From positions 39,494,001 to 39,558,000 of the forward strand of contig OZ320322.1 in NCBI GenBank assembly GCA_976226885.1: a stretch of DNA of 64,000 nucleotides. The letters run 5' to 3'. The notes below the pieces were generated by a model. That model searched no databases. It had not been told where the DNA came from and saw nothing but the letters and a program-made list of their open reading frames with translations. How positions within the stretch are numbered: the stretch's first letter is position 1; the number at the start of each line of letters is the position of its first letter. Positions 39,426-53,197 of this stretch are shown here, one piece after another. The position numbers were made by a program, and so were the translations under genes. This DNA is from Iphione sp. A-MEVVRFRX5. Its lineage: Eukaryota.

Positions 39426-41893
39426 GGCTAGCTCCTACATATACATATACACCTATATATACACAACAATAGCAGATAACAATAACACGAGATGAATAAT
39501 CCCATGTAAAAATAAGATATATAGAACAAGGTCATGGTAGAGAGAGGAGTAAGTGTACAGAGACATCGGGAATCGGGAAAGGGTACTCTTCGGATGCAGA
39601 CGACAGACAAGAGAGACGGAGGAAGACGGTGAAGGACAAAGAGTGCACGAGGGAAGAGGCAGGAGAGCTACAGTTAAAAGGGAGATGTGCGCGGAGGCAG
39701 ATAATGAGGCGGCTCGGGCGCAAAAGGCCAATCCACAGAGCACCCCGCGACACATGTCGGCGTCAGGCTTGGTCGACGTCAGTACAGTTTGTCTGGCTGC
39801 CGCCGATGGCGCCGCCCTCGCTGCCCCACCCCGGCCGTACCGCCCTTGCTGATCCCTGAGTGATCTGTACTCGAGTCAAGGGTCGCCGCGGTTGGCATCC
39901 ATTGGTCACGATGGATAGGTTCCTGCACCCGGAAGGCCGGCGGGCGGGTGCCCGACAACATGGCCGACAGATCGGCAGCGCGCCGCCGTCCGCTCGGAAG
40001 GGAACGGGGAGAGGGGGGGTATAGCCGCAGTTGGCAGGTGCTACATATGAAAGGTGTTAGGGAGCTGCCAAAAGATGAATCCACCACTCAAGGCTGGGGA
40101 GAGAGTGCGGATGCGCTTGCTGGCCCGGATTTTGGATAAAGGATCCTTGCATGTTTCGTGGAGCAGTTGGCAGTGGAATGACAATTGTCCATTGCCCTGT
40201 GTGATCCGAATTCTACGTGAAAGAAATGTGACTGTCCAGTCTGCCGAAAGTGTCAAATTCTTAGTTAATAAAATTCTTAACGAGCGACAAAGAATGTTGG
40301 TCTCGTAGCGATAAATCATTTTGAATGGTCTTGGTGCCATTTTTATATCAGAGGCACCGCAGAAAACTTCTTCGTCGATGAATATATCATTTTTGAACAT
40401 TGGTATTTCTCAGACAAGTTTCAAAAGAAAATAATGGGAGGTGTTACTTGTCGATTAACGTTGATCGACTTCTTTTGAAAGGGGAATTCTTATTAGTATT
40501 GCGTCATTTATCAAGTAACCACCAGATACTACGCTGTTCCTTCCAATATATTGACGAAAGTGGAAAATGATGTTGATAAAAGCAGCGATCTTAACCATCA
40601 GTTCTACGCAAAGCAGTTTTCTGAGAGTAGCGCCCCTGTCCAAACAACATCAAATGCTTGTCCGAAATCGATAAATAATTGCAGACGAAAAAACGATTCT
40701 GAGAACATTCATTCACCGTGAACACGACAATGTCCTTATAATGGTACAAGAGATTAATAGTGACACAATCCTAATCCTCGACCACACAATCATTTTAATC
40801 ATAAAATTGCCAACTGTCTGCCGCCCATCCCCTCCCCATCCCCGATATTGCCCAATTTGGTTACTCCCCACCTCAGTTGATGGCGGGGGGAGGGGAGGTT
40901 ATTTTGTAGGAGGGAGCAGTTGGAACTCTTTGACTGAGAGGAGGTCGTGCCCCACGCGCATGCTCACTCCCTTTTATCCAAACGACGACAATTGCAGCCG
41001 ACTGGAAGCAAAAGGGGAACTCGGTCTGTAGAAACGGAACGTCAGCCTTATTGGCCTGTATCTCCTTTCCGTTTGGACGGTGCATGGAGCTGTGTTACCC
41101 CATTCGTTGCTGACCATGCTGGGCGTGCCACCCTATTCGTTACTGACCCGGGCGTCACCCCAATCACACAAATTGCCCGGATTCCGAATGAACAATTCGC
41201 TGTACCTTCATACCGCCGCCACCATCTCTCTTTCCTCAAGAAATGATTGCAGATGGCAACCTTGCTTTGATCGTCTCCTGAGGGAAGGGGAAAATGCACC
41301 AAATGGCTGGTTTTTTTACCATCAGAATTCGACAACCGGCAAAATGGAACTAAATACATGCACTACTAAACAAACCTAATGAAGAAAAAGAAGGACCATG
41401 AAAATATGGTCTTTATTTCGGCCTCTTGCAGGGAGAAGGCAGCGTGATAAGGGGGCATTGCAACTGTCAAGATGTACACAACGACTTGCATTGTTATTCA
41501 GCGGCATGGATAGAGAGAGTCACATAGGTAGTGGTGGTAAGAACGGGCCCATTATGCCAACCTAAACAAGCGGCACCCGCACCGAACGAGAGGTGCATCC
41601 ATCAAACCGGTGACAGAAGAAGGTTATCGCCCCCCAGAGACACACGACTGGCATCTGCCTTTACATTTGCAAGTACTTTTAAGGAGCGTTTGTCCTCTGT
41701 CAGAATACCACACCGGTGCTTTCACTCGGCTGCGTTTACAATGTGGCAAAGCGACGGCAGGAGATGGCTTTGATGTTGGGAAGGGTTTTTCTTCCTCGCC
41801 CCCCTCGCTCCCCTTTGCCCTCAACGTAGATCGCTGATTCTAACTCTGTTCAGGTAATGATGATAAGAGCGGAGTATAGAATTTCTGGTTCAG

Positions 41894-41989
41894 TTTCCAA
41901 CGTTATCCCTGTGATAATGGTGAAATTTCCAACGTTATCCCTGTGATAATGGTGAAATTTCCAACGTTATCCCTGTGATAATGGTGAAA
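41894..41989. repeat. Perfect 32-bp x3 tandem repeat (TTTCCAACGTTATCCCTGTGATAATGGTGAAA)
   Basis: Identical copies start at 41894, 41926 and 41958, with no spacers. Confidence 0.97.
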
Positions 41990-44900
41990 TCAACTGTGTT
42001 CCTTTGGTGAAGTATTGCAGGGGATAGACGTGCTGTGGCCGCAAGGATGCCCTTTCCACTTCTCATCTTTATATTGATAGAGCAGTCCAAAGTCTATTAA
42101 TATCTACTTTAAGTGCTCAATCTTCGATATTGATGTGACTAAAGAACGAAGCGTGTTTCAGTTGATTGTGACAAAGTCCGCTGTGTTTTGAACTGAATGT
42201 GTACTTTGAGAGCCAATCATCACAGCATGGGTTGAACTCACGGTGAAGTGGTAAGAGCTATCTACGGGTCTCTTCTATAGGTATACAAATATACATCCAA
42301 CAACAACATTTGTGGAAATCGCGCACGAGTTCCACGAAATCCCCACAGTAATCCATGCATCGGTCCCGCCATTCAGGAATAATTCACCCATTAACAATCA
42401 CCCATTAACAATCGACTCCATACGCATATACATGATTTGTATACCGTATTCAGTGATGAGATACGAAATAATACATGAAGTACTTTGTTGTCGAAAGCTT
42501 GTTATCGTTATATATAAATATATACTATATACATATATATATAGAGAGAGAGAGGTATTACATGTGTATACCCTAACAGGAATGGATAACATCAATAGCA
42601 TGAATTGTTAATTAATTTTAGGCGTAATATCTATTGAACACATACATGATGCGACATACTATTCCTCGTTTTAGAAACAGTTCTATTTGACGTGTTGCAA
42701 CCCATAAAAGAAATGCACACAGTCCAGCAGACTGGGCCCCGTCCGTAATTCTATTATCCCTCAGTTGTAACAGGTGGCTGCATCTGTCAATGGGTTTCAC
42801 ATAAATGCATTTTTTTGTGTACGATGAGTAACACTTGTTCAATATTTAACACCCGTATGACTGCCATTTCTATTTCAAACAACACTACAAAAGGCTAGAA
42901 GGAGAAAAACTGTTTCAAATGACTCCCACGCGCGAGCACACTGATGATCATAAATTTTCTTTTGATGGTTTTTATTCCACCAGTTGCATGTGCCAAAGCT
43001 TCTAAGCTGCTTTTTTTACTAGATGCTGTGTTCCATCCTCCATTTTGGGGTTATGTTACCGTAAACAGGAGGCACTCGTTTTTGTTCATCGTTATGTCAT
43101 ATGAATAAATAATGGGCAATGTTTCCTTCCTACAATGGTGCAGTGCTACCTTTTCATGTTATAATACATTACTGATTGGGTCAACCACTCCTATCAGAAT
43201 TGTACCGATTCCCCTAGCCAATAATTTAGTACACCTTACCCTCTTCGATCTGTATTGTAAAAAGAATCTCTTAGCAACTGTTTACTACTATAACTATGAA
43301 TAGCGTAAATTTGGGTGCTATCAGATGAAATAAAATCACATTTATAACCGGCTGTACTGGTATCTGTTCAGTAGCGAATGTTAATGAATAGAACTGATTT
43401 AGAAGAATGTCATAGATACTGCCTCGTCTAGGTAAGCCTTGGCGTACAGGTACACATTAGTGAGGTTACAGCTTGGTTAAGGTACAGGTCGGATGCAAGA
43501 GTATGGGTATCCAAGGTATGAGTTGCTGAGGATACGAACCTAAAAAGGGTACGAATTATTTTGTTTCCAATGGTAACAGAACTAAAATGTTCCGACAAGC
43601 CAAGCGTATTCGGTCTCCACCAGTTACCGTATAACAAGATAAAAGCATCAGGAATTTGCGATAAAAGGCTGGGAAGACATCAATGCAGGACGCTGGGCAG
43701 CCTTACAAGAAGGGTTCCCAAGGCGACCACGCTGGCTTTGACTGATTGTGTCATCAGGCGCTTAATGTGATGATGAAACATGCCTGCATTGACCATTTTT
43801 GCGTAATAATGGTGTAATTAGGGTCGCATCCCATCGAAGATAGATACCCTAATGACATAAGTGGAGATGAACTGGGACCAGTTCTCCGATGAAATATGAA
43901 TTGATGTGCGTCATCTGCTATGCTGGCTTGTAAAGAAAGGAAACTGTGCTCTGATCTGGATAAATGCTATAATTTACTTTTGGATAATAGTTTTGAAACT
44001 GAAAAGAAAATGGTCATTTTCCACACTCGATGGTCATTTTGTATCAATCAGTCAGTCTGCTGTCCCTTTTTGGTTTAGCCGCAAATAGAAAGAACTAAAC
44101 CAGCCTGGGACCACTTGATAACAGACATTTGTGGTCCATTGTTAATCGCTATCACATCTGATTGAGTCCTGATTGGTACCTTAAGTTTCACTCCGGAGAG
44201 TACGTGTATACACGTTATACTGAAATCTGTGAGGGGGCTCAACGTCGTGCCACACCGAAAACCTGGAATGTCATCATTTGTCAAGCGCCCAGATAACAGA
44301 TTACAAACGACATGACAGATCGGGCCAACGGCCGTCCATTATATTCCTATCGACAGTGCATCATCATAATTTCCATTGTACACGTGTGCAACTTCATACA
44401 TTAACCGACTTCCAACCTGAATGTCTTGTCATGCATGCAGGAAGGAACGATGGCCGTGGCCACATGCTAGTGTGCGTGTCACCGCCGGCACTAGAGAGGG
44501 TTGATGAGGGGAAATATAAGGTGGGGGGAGGGGTGGAGCTTCAGGGAGGTGGACTAAGTCCCTGAGCTTAGAACGCAACCGTTCTTGGCACTGCCAGATA
44601 GACGAGGATTTCATTCCTGACTGACTACATCAAAATGGGTATTTACAGTGAATGACGTGACGTGAATGTTTGAAAGGATGAGAAAGAGAGAGAGAGGGAG
44701 AAAGACAGAGAGAGAGAGGGGGTGAGAGGGAGAGAGAGAGGAAAAGGTTTAAATTTTCCTCTGCCTAATTTTTCTATACTATTGTCTTCATTCCAGACAA
44801 TGGATAATTATTCATCCCCTTTGAAAAACGGTCCATTCCTATGCGTCTGCTTGTCAGTTAGAAGATAACGCCCACCATCAATATCCAAACCTATTGAATA

Positions 44901-47146
44901 TATTGCGAGTTGTTTGTGAAATGCAAAACAGTGCATTTGTATGAATATCTCAAAACCCCTACATGTGTTGGTTGCTGTTCTTGCGCTGAATTGTGAGGCA
45001 TCGACTTCCAGGTGTCTCTATGTGCAAGGTTAATACAAATGTCCTACATGATCAGGACCTCTCCCTGGAGCTAAGTAGAATGGTGACTATACTTCCTTGT
45101 TAATTCTTGTTTGGCCGCTTTAGTGGTTACTTGTACCCATGAAATGACAGAATTAGTACCTTATTGGAGTCTCTCCTTGGTTTTCATCTCCTTTTCCAGT
45201 AGCATATGACTTCGTAAATCTGAGAGCTTTGGGAGATTTTGTTGGACTTTGTAACTCAGCCTTCTCCTTTACACACCTCAAGTTCACCTTACATGACAAG
45301 ACGAATGAAAAAACAGAAATTTTCTCTCATCCCCAATTCTGCAGGAGGCCCTGTTCCCATGCAGTAAGGCACATATTATGGGGTGTGAAAACCATACTAT
45401 CACTGAAATAACCGATGGAGAGGTTGCCAGGGTGGATTCCAAATTAGAGACGGGAGGTAGGAAGTACCGGGAATACTGACTGTGGGTGGTGAATTCATCA
45501 GTTAAATTTGTGGGAGGCAGTTTTCGGAGAGAGGTTAAGGGCAGTTTGCATACTGGCATGAATGCCTCACATTTGCATTGTGCTTGCCGTGTATTTGCAG
45601 TGCATTTGCATTTTTTTTATGAATCAAGTCAAACCAATAGATTAATTACCATACCTGCATTGCATGAATGGATTTGCATTTGCACTGCATTTTCGTAATT
45701 GTTTTTTTTTTAAATGCTAAACATTTTACACAATGGAATGCAAATGTATGAGTAGGATACAGTAAATAGGGTTTGAAGCAGACTAGAATAAGTGAACATA
45801 TGCAAGATCATATCAAAATATGCCAATTTGCATATCCTTTGAATGTAAATACAACAGTTGCACAACATTTACATCGAACATTTATTGTACTTTTAGCCCC
45901 AATATTAGGAAAATAAGAAGAACATTGCCATGGTCGACGAGGTAAATGTTATTTAAGACACTGATACTATAAATCGTGACGTACATAGCCCATTTAACAT
46001 AAACATTGAAAGATCATTAGAGATTATGTAACAACAGTTTCAGATATAGTCCTGGAAAGATGAAAAGGGGAAAGACCAATGAACGAATTCTTTTGAACAA
46101 CAACTTTATCACAATTAGGAAAAAAATAGAAACAAAACTAAATGTATACCAATTAAAACAATGTAGAAGGATAAAACTGAAAAAGAAAATCAAAGACCGT
46201 GTTGGGTCAAGAGATCAGATTAAGTCAGTTGAATGACAAAAAGCGTGTAATTAGAAGAGGCCCGGCTAGCACAAGAGATAGACTGATGAAATAACATGAA
46301 AGATGAGTACAAACGATGTACAACCTGTAGAGGTCTCACGAAAATGTAGTCAGGCTCTGTATTAATTAACCTTCATTCCTTTTATGTCGAGCATGCAAAG
46401 CATTATCCAATGTATATTGATTCGGTTGTCCGACAATACAGGGAATCGAACTGAATTCAACTTCTTACTTTTGAATGAAAGCAATATACCTACTGCAAAT
46501 TTCGAACATTTTGGGAAAAGGTGTGGAAGGCTGGGAAGGGGAAGTAATTAAGGGGCAGAAAGGGTGGGCGAAACCCAACACATTCACATGGGCTAAACGA
46601 CACCTCCTGTGCTTGCATGTATTATTGTTTTCACCACAGAGAGAGGGGGCAATGGTCGGCGAGTGACACTGTTGAGTACCTACTGGAGTATGAAGGTAGG
46701 AAACTTGAAGGTTGGTGAGAGGATTGTTTGGTGGATGAAACACCAGTTGAATATGACGTTATGGTTCGTTGGTTTGTACAGTATTCGGGACAGTGATATT
46801 AGAGCCCAGTGGATTGTTAGCATATGTCGAGCAGAAGGGGGAAGATAAGTGGAGTACCTTGGTGGAGATTAAAGGTGGAACGGTGGAGGTTAGGTGAGGC
46901 CTGGGACCAAAAGAATGTCGGAAGTTGGAATCAAAGCTGGGGCTTACGTCGACTGGTCGGGTGACTGTCCTTAGGGTGAGGGGTCGGTAGGATATGATAG
47001 GGAAGCCTTATCTCTCTCTATCCACCACTTATCACCCTGATTGATAGTCCTCTTACCTCTGCTCAGCCGAAATGGATATGACACTGGATATCCAACGCAG
47101 CTTCAGTCGAACGTAAACAAGGCAACATTGCGCAACGCGGCACCGA

Positions 47147-47161
47147 CTGTCCCTGGTGCTG
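47147..47161 (-). promoter_or_regulatory. RE1/NRSE-like core CAGCACC-AG-GGACAG
   Basis: Both conserved half-sites have the canonical 2-bp spacing; function untested. Confidence 0.3.
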
Positions 47162-50100
47162 TCCCTTACTCTCGCTCTGTCTCTGACTGATGATCATAGG
47201 CGAGCACCCAAGGGACCTAACCGTGAAAGGTACTCAGGTTTGGGTGAGATTATTAATGTGGATTTAACCATTTGGTGTCATGATTTGATTGGTCTCAGCT
47301 CCGCACTGCTTTCCCGGGCTCCAGGAGATCAACAAAGGATAAATATAAATGGGATGAAAGTAATCAAATCCTAAACTATTTATGTTTTTATTACAATACC
47401 TATGGATAGTTTTGCAGTAAAGGGGTCTGATACATGAGTAAATATTTGCATTAATTTACAGATGTCTAAAGAGTGACAACGAGTCAAGCAGAACTTTGCT
47501 CCTGTGAAGAATGACAGAGTAAAACTTCGTTGTATGGGGCTTTAATAATTATACGTTTTCTGTCACATATTTTCAGGTGGCAATAACTATACCAATCTGC
47601 ATTAGCAGGTGGACAACATCACAGTAGAAGGGGCAGAGATATATTGATTCCGATACTGTTCTTGTGCTAAAAACAAAGAGATGCCTCTCCAATTTACTCT
47701 CTTCTGGCTTATGCTGTACATCAAGCAGATGTACCGATATATGTAAATATCATTCACGACCAAGCATGACTAAAAGCAAGACAGACGAGGTCGCACATGT
47801 TTCTATCAGGACATCACTTGCGTGTAAAAAAAACGCTGGGTTCCGGGCTTGTTACAATTTAAGGCCAAGAAAGCTCTCGGCTCACTCAATTCGATTTGCA
47901 CGGCACTACTGAACTCATCAACCAAGCACCAGTACGACATGCTGCTCTATCAGAGGTAGTGGAACCTCAGTTGGAATGGCAGAAAATCCCATCAGACGTT
48001 GATAGAACTTAATAATTCCTCCGCGCTGTCCGACCGAGCAATCCAATACCAAATGTGACGTCAGTTTGCCGCACTTTCAAGCCCAACGGGCGGCGACTGA
48101 GCACGTCGTTAGTTCTCGTCAACGCCATCGCCTCAAGTGCTGTCGCCAAGCTGACTGATTATTCAATAACTTACTTGGCTGACCCCGCTAGCCCTCTCTC
48201 GACCCTTGACCCGGGAGAATGTGACTTGTTCCTCCTTAACCATCACAGATAGCTTTGAGGGGCTGACCATTTTGGTATCTTAGGAACTGCTGAGTAACTC
48301 TTGAGTGAATAATCATAGTATAGGCGGACAGGGCTGGGACGGTGGCACCTCACCATGGAGACACCTTGGAGAAGCCCTGGAGACGCCCGGCAGGCAAAGT
48401 CCCCGTGTGGTACTCCAGAGGGAAGACTGATTGTGTTAAAGAAGCGGCGAGCTCAGTGCTCCTTGGGAAAATTGATGGAATACGTCCTGAAGGTGCGTGA
48501 GCGCGGTGAAGCGACAGCGCAACCGGAAGTGCGACGACGGTCGGCCGACCAAATCTCCCGCCCAACCCCAACCTTTTACACCTCCAGCGGTTGGTCTGGT
48601 TGCGACCACTGCGAATTGCACAGAACGGACGGCGGTGAAAGTGGGGAGGTAGTTCGACTCTGCTAAAGATCCATTCAATTTATACATGTCTGTATATATT
48701 GCACCTACCATATGTTTTCCTCCTTGTAAACATCTTTTCTCTCATGTTCTCAACATCGTTGTTCGACGGTCAACGTTGTCACGTAAGTTCTGCTGCCCTC
48801 GATTTTGTCTACGTTCCCCAGATGCGCTCCACTTTTCACATCATACAAAGGCAATCTCAGTAGCATCTATTCATTTGACTGCTATATTACCCTCTCCAAG
48901 TACATAGACTTCTCGCATACACTTTACCACTAGAAAGCCTCTGTATTGCTCTCTCTCTCTCTTTCTCTCACTCATCAAGTCGTCTTCTCATCGGTTGAGA
49001 CACAAACAAGCACAAACGAACACTACACACAGACACGCACTAATCCTTGCCTTCAAGCCTGATTGCCTTTTCCCAGGGCAGAATGCAATTGGCCCGGATG
49101 TCATAGAAAGATCAAGATGTCCAGGCCGAGATAGGAAGGCCTGTCTGTGGCACCGGTGTTACAACCGTGGCTGCGGCGAACAGTGCGCATCTGGTGATGA
49201 TGTTGGCGTCACTGGTAAAGTAGTGCAGATGGTTTAGCCTCCTAACTCCCTGGATAGGGCTGCCCTGGCAGGCTGGAAAATGGGGTGGTTGGTGGGGTTG
49301 GGGAGGAGCATTGGAGGATGAGGCCGTGGAAGCTAGGTGGGCGGGTGGGTGAACTGGTCTAGAGGCTCAGGTGGTTGCTGCGTCTCTGTCAAAATGGTTC
49401 ACCAGCCGAAGCTACTGCAGTCACTGGCTTCCTTTTCCCCCTCCCAACGACTCGCTACACACTCACCCTATGCCAGCCTATCCTCCGGCACCCCAACTCC
49501 TCCACCGTTTACTGTCTGCAGACCTAGACGTGGGTAGACTAGGCAGGAACACAGGTGTTACTATGGTCCCACATCATTGGTTCGTAATCACGTGCACCGC
49601 TGTCAGGGGCCTGTCTTGGCCAATCGATAGAGCCCTGACATCAGGCGAGGTTAGATGGACCCTTTCGTCATCATAACTAGAGCTACACAGAGACTCTCCT
49701 ATTACTTTTAATGTATAGATTATGTGTTGCTGTCTCGGCGGACTAAATAGAGGGACAGTAAATGATGACATAAGATGAGATTGGAAACCCTGTGCAACAC
49801 GAGGAATAACGGTCAATCAACGAAGCGCAAAGACCAAAATATTCGAACGATATATCATGATAATACAGATTTACTTTAAACTTCCCATCAGAAGACTATA
49901 CAGCACAACCAGATGCAGATATGCCACCGACGATTACCTGTGCAGTGGGGAAATGTAATACGTGGACCATCTCATCGGGGGACTAGGGTAAAATGATCTC
50001 GGCCCAACGTACATTATGTATGGTATGAAGGAAACGAATAAAAATAGGAAATGATCATGAGACGATCCAATGACAGAGGAGACGAGTAGGAACGATGGTA

Positions 50101-53023
50101 CTTGACGAGTTGCGTGGAGGCTAGTGGGGAAGGGGGAGTGGGCGGTTGGGCGTCAGCACCTCCGGTGGGAAACTGCGGTATACAATTCTACGCGTTCGAA
50201 ATGAACGTGAGCAAGCAGCAGGGATCATAAACCAAACGAAGTTTGACATGCAAATGGCCCCCTGAGATTAGGTCCCAATTAAAGAAAGCATAAATACAGC
50301 TTTGCCACCAGACCACCATGAATGAGTCAGCGACGCCCGGAGTATTCGCTATTTCTGGTACAAAAGCCGCCCTGATCGACAAGCGGCGGCTGTGTTTGGA
50401 GAATGGAGTTTGCGCTGCCCCCTCCACGGAGCTACCAATGCTCTCCAGCCATCGGCAAAATATGATTGACACACACACGTCACCACTATAGTTCCCCGGT
50501 CTATTTTTAGCACCCTCTTGACGCTGTGGGGCATGTGTCTCCTAGGCCAAGAGTGAAGGAGCCATTACCCATGTGGTGCCAAGGAGACAATAGGAACACT
50601 ACGTGAACGCTCCGGGGATGCTACAGAGATGTTGCATGGAGAGCGAGTCGGGCGGGATGCGGGTTTGGTCGGCAGCGTCTTCAGCAGGAGGTGCCAATAG
50701 AACCTGGAGGAGACAAACGTTAGATGAATACGGCGAGGAATCGTTTGGGGTGCGCACATTGTTATGATTGATGGGTACTCTTGTCTGTGTGCTCTTTGGA
50801 AACGACGACGACTCTCAGGCAAAGATCATAATGACAGAGGGGCTAACATAATAAGTACCTCGGCTACATTGACTCCATCAGCTCTTCAATATGTCGAGTC
50901 CACATGGAGGAGGGGTGTGGAAGTAGGTAGGGGGATGTGGAGATGCGGAGAGCAGGACGAAGCGTAGTGGAAGGCATAGGAGAAGCATGCGTTAATCTGA
51001 GGAGATGTTTTGTTATTGACACGAGGTCTTCACAGTGGTGGTCTTGTTTGTTACCAGTGTACATTATAGCACTCCTCACAGAGGGTATCCTTCAATGAAA
51101 CTACAGGCGTTGTCACGGTAACTACTTCATATTATGTCCCTTTTATTCACATACTTAGAAGGCCTACAGTGCACGTGTAAAGGCTACATGTGTTGTTAGC
51201 GTGATGCTGGCCGCCTCTCTTCGTCGAACTGTAGCGCCCTCAGAAGCCAGAAGCCATGGTGTGAAGGGTAAACGCCTTAATCCTGACTGGAGCTTTCTGT
51301 TATAAACTTTATCCTATCGATTGAGGAACTGACTGAGACGAAACCATCTAGTACGCAGTTTCCAATGTGCGCAGCGCTGCAACTTTGTCACTCGTAGAAA
51401 CCCTGGGTGATTCCTAGTATTTCCTTCCCAGTTGCCTTGTGGATAGTGAATAATTGACAACAGAGCCTTTCCTAAGCGAGACAATGCAGTTTACGTTAGC
51501 CCTAAGTGGTAATGACATACACAAGCAAAGTGTCTCAGTCTACCCTCTGCAATCTGCACAATAACCCAGATGTATATAAGTCATCACATTTCAGGTCATA
51601 AAGGCCCCGACTTCCTTCGCCCTTTTGAACCACCTACGTGCTTCCTCCACCTCCTCCCGATCCTTCCTCCTTCTTCCAGCGTCTTCCAGTCGGTCTCCTC
51701 CAGATCCCTGTTAGCGACAGTCTATGGACTCGGCGTCTAAAGTGTAAATGGATGCTTACCCCTAATGTAATTTTTGCCCGACCAAAGTAGCGCTGCCAAG
51801 CCCAGGTCCAGTGCAGCCGGTCGCTGAAAGCTACTTGATTATAGAAACTATCCGGTGGTGGCGAGGGCTTAGCTGGATAGAATTCCCAAGGGGACTGGGA
51901 GGCTGGTGAACACAGAGGGTATGGAGCATCTCAGCTGACAGTTATATCTCATGTGAGGGAAACAAACTTAAAGTCAGATGACCTAATCTATAATATGTCT
52001 TCGCATTGTCTAACTCTGTGACCGGAAACAATCATAAAAAGATACACCGCTATTTGAAAACAACCATTGTTTTGTGGTCTAGTTGATATTTTGGGTCACA
52101 TAATATACTTGTTAGAGAGTTTTATCACCAGTTTCATAATGCAGTCGACTGTTTTTGTCCTTTCGATACAATGGTAAAGAAACCATTTTACTCCTCAATT
52201 ACACGATCACCAAGTTAACATAGATTTGAATTTAACAAAAGCGCTTCCACTTGTAGTATGGAGACCTAGACTTCCAGCTCACGAGTAGAAAACCCCTCCA
52301 GGGGGACAATAAGGAGAAGTCGGGAGTGCAGCAATGGCACGGCATCAGCAACTGGGATGGGACACATGAGGCAGGAAGCAGGAGCCACTAAATGAATCTG
52401 CGGCCATTGTGAGGACATTCAGCGGGAATCCGCACAACTTTCCCGCGAGAAAATAACCGTCCAATATTGCACAATGACGTCACGCCAACGTCCTCCATGG
52501 ATGCAGCGCTTTTTTCCCCTCACATGGAGAGAGTCGTCCGAGCACACCCTTTCTACTGAGTGTTTCCTCAGCCAAGTGTCGAGGATTATTTCCCCAGAAG
52601 TTTGAAAAATATTTTCGTTATTAATCAAATCCGGCCACTAAAAGCAGGAAGTTGGTGAGCATTATGTTGAATTGACTTGTCCCACTTTGCCTCGCCGCCC
52701 ACACTTAAAGGTTCCTGCACAAAGCCACTGCACATGTGATGGATTTCTTCTTGAAGAATAACTACCTTAAAATTGTAACCTAAACGTACCAAAATGTCTT
52801 CATTAGGAGTCATTTTTGCCGCTAGTAATTCTTTACAACTATTTACTCGACCCGCGTCGAGAGCTCGTATTTCCGAGAGGGTGCAACTTGATACGTTCTT
52901 CATTTTTCACTTCAAGTGTCTTTGTGCGACCGGAAAAGAACTCTTAAGAGACAGCACGGGATTTGCTTTTTGTCCCTGTATGTGTGGAATAAACTGCTGT
53001 GGTGCTTGTTAACATGTGCAGAT

Positions 53024-53197
53024 CAGGCCCATAGCCAGGAAGTTTTGTAGGGGGTATCGGACGATAGCCATAATACTGCAGTGATAACCCCTTGGCTACT
53101 GGCCTGCGTATATACTTATGCATTAGAACAGTGGAACTCCTGGATTTTCTGGGGGGTATCGGACGATACCCCCAATACCCCCTTGGATACGGGCCTG
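53024..53197. mobile_element. 174-bp composite MITE with CAGGCCC-type TIRs (hAT-like termini)
   Basis: The left end is CAGGCCCATAGCCAGG and the right end CCTTGGATACGGGCCTG. The direct repeat TGCAGATC occurs at 53017-24 and 53196-203. There is an internal second right end at 53091-53106 and a perfect hairpin GGGGGTATCG-GA-CGATACCCCC at 53152-53173. Confidence 0.75.

Noticed and set aside
40041-40400. Overlapping 119-aa (-) and 84-aa (+) ORFs beside the 39.8 kb island
   Set aside because: Neither has a recognisable domain, and the lengths are within chance for this window.
41894-41989. CRISPR array (32-bp palindromic repeat)
   Set aside because: The units abut with no spacers, no cas genes are present, and the context is eukaryotic. 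The GTTATCCCT match to the I-SceI site / mitochondrial 16S is only 9 bp.
43400-44250. L2-like RT remnant on the minus strand (ADD, LGxY); similar hints at 46450-46900
   Set aside because: The motif spacing and identity are insufficient without an alignment.
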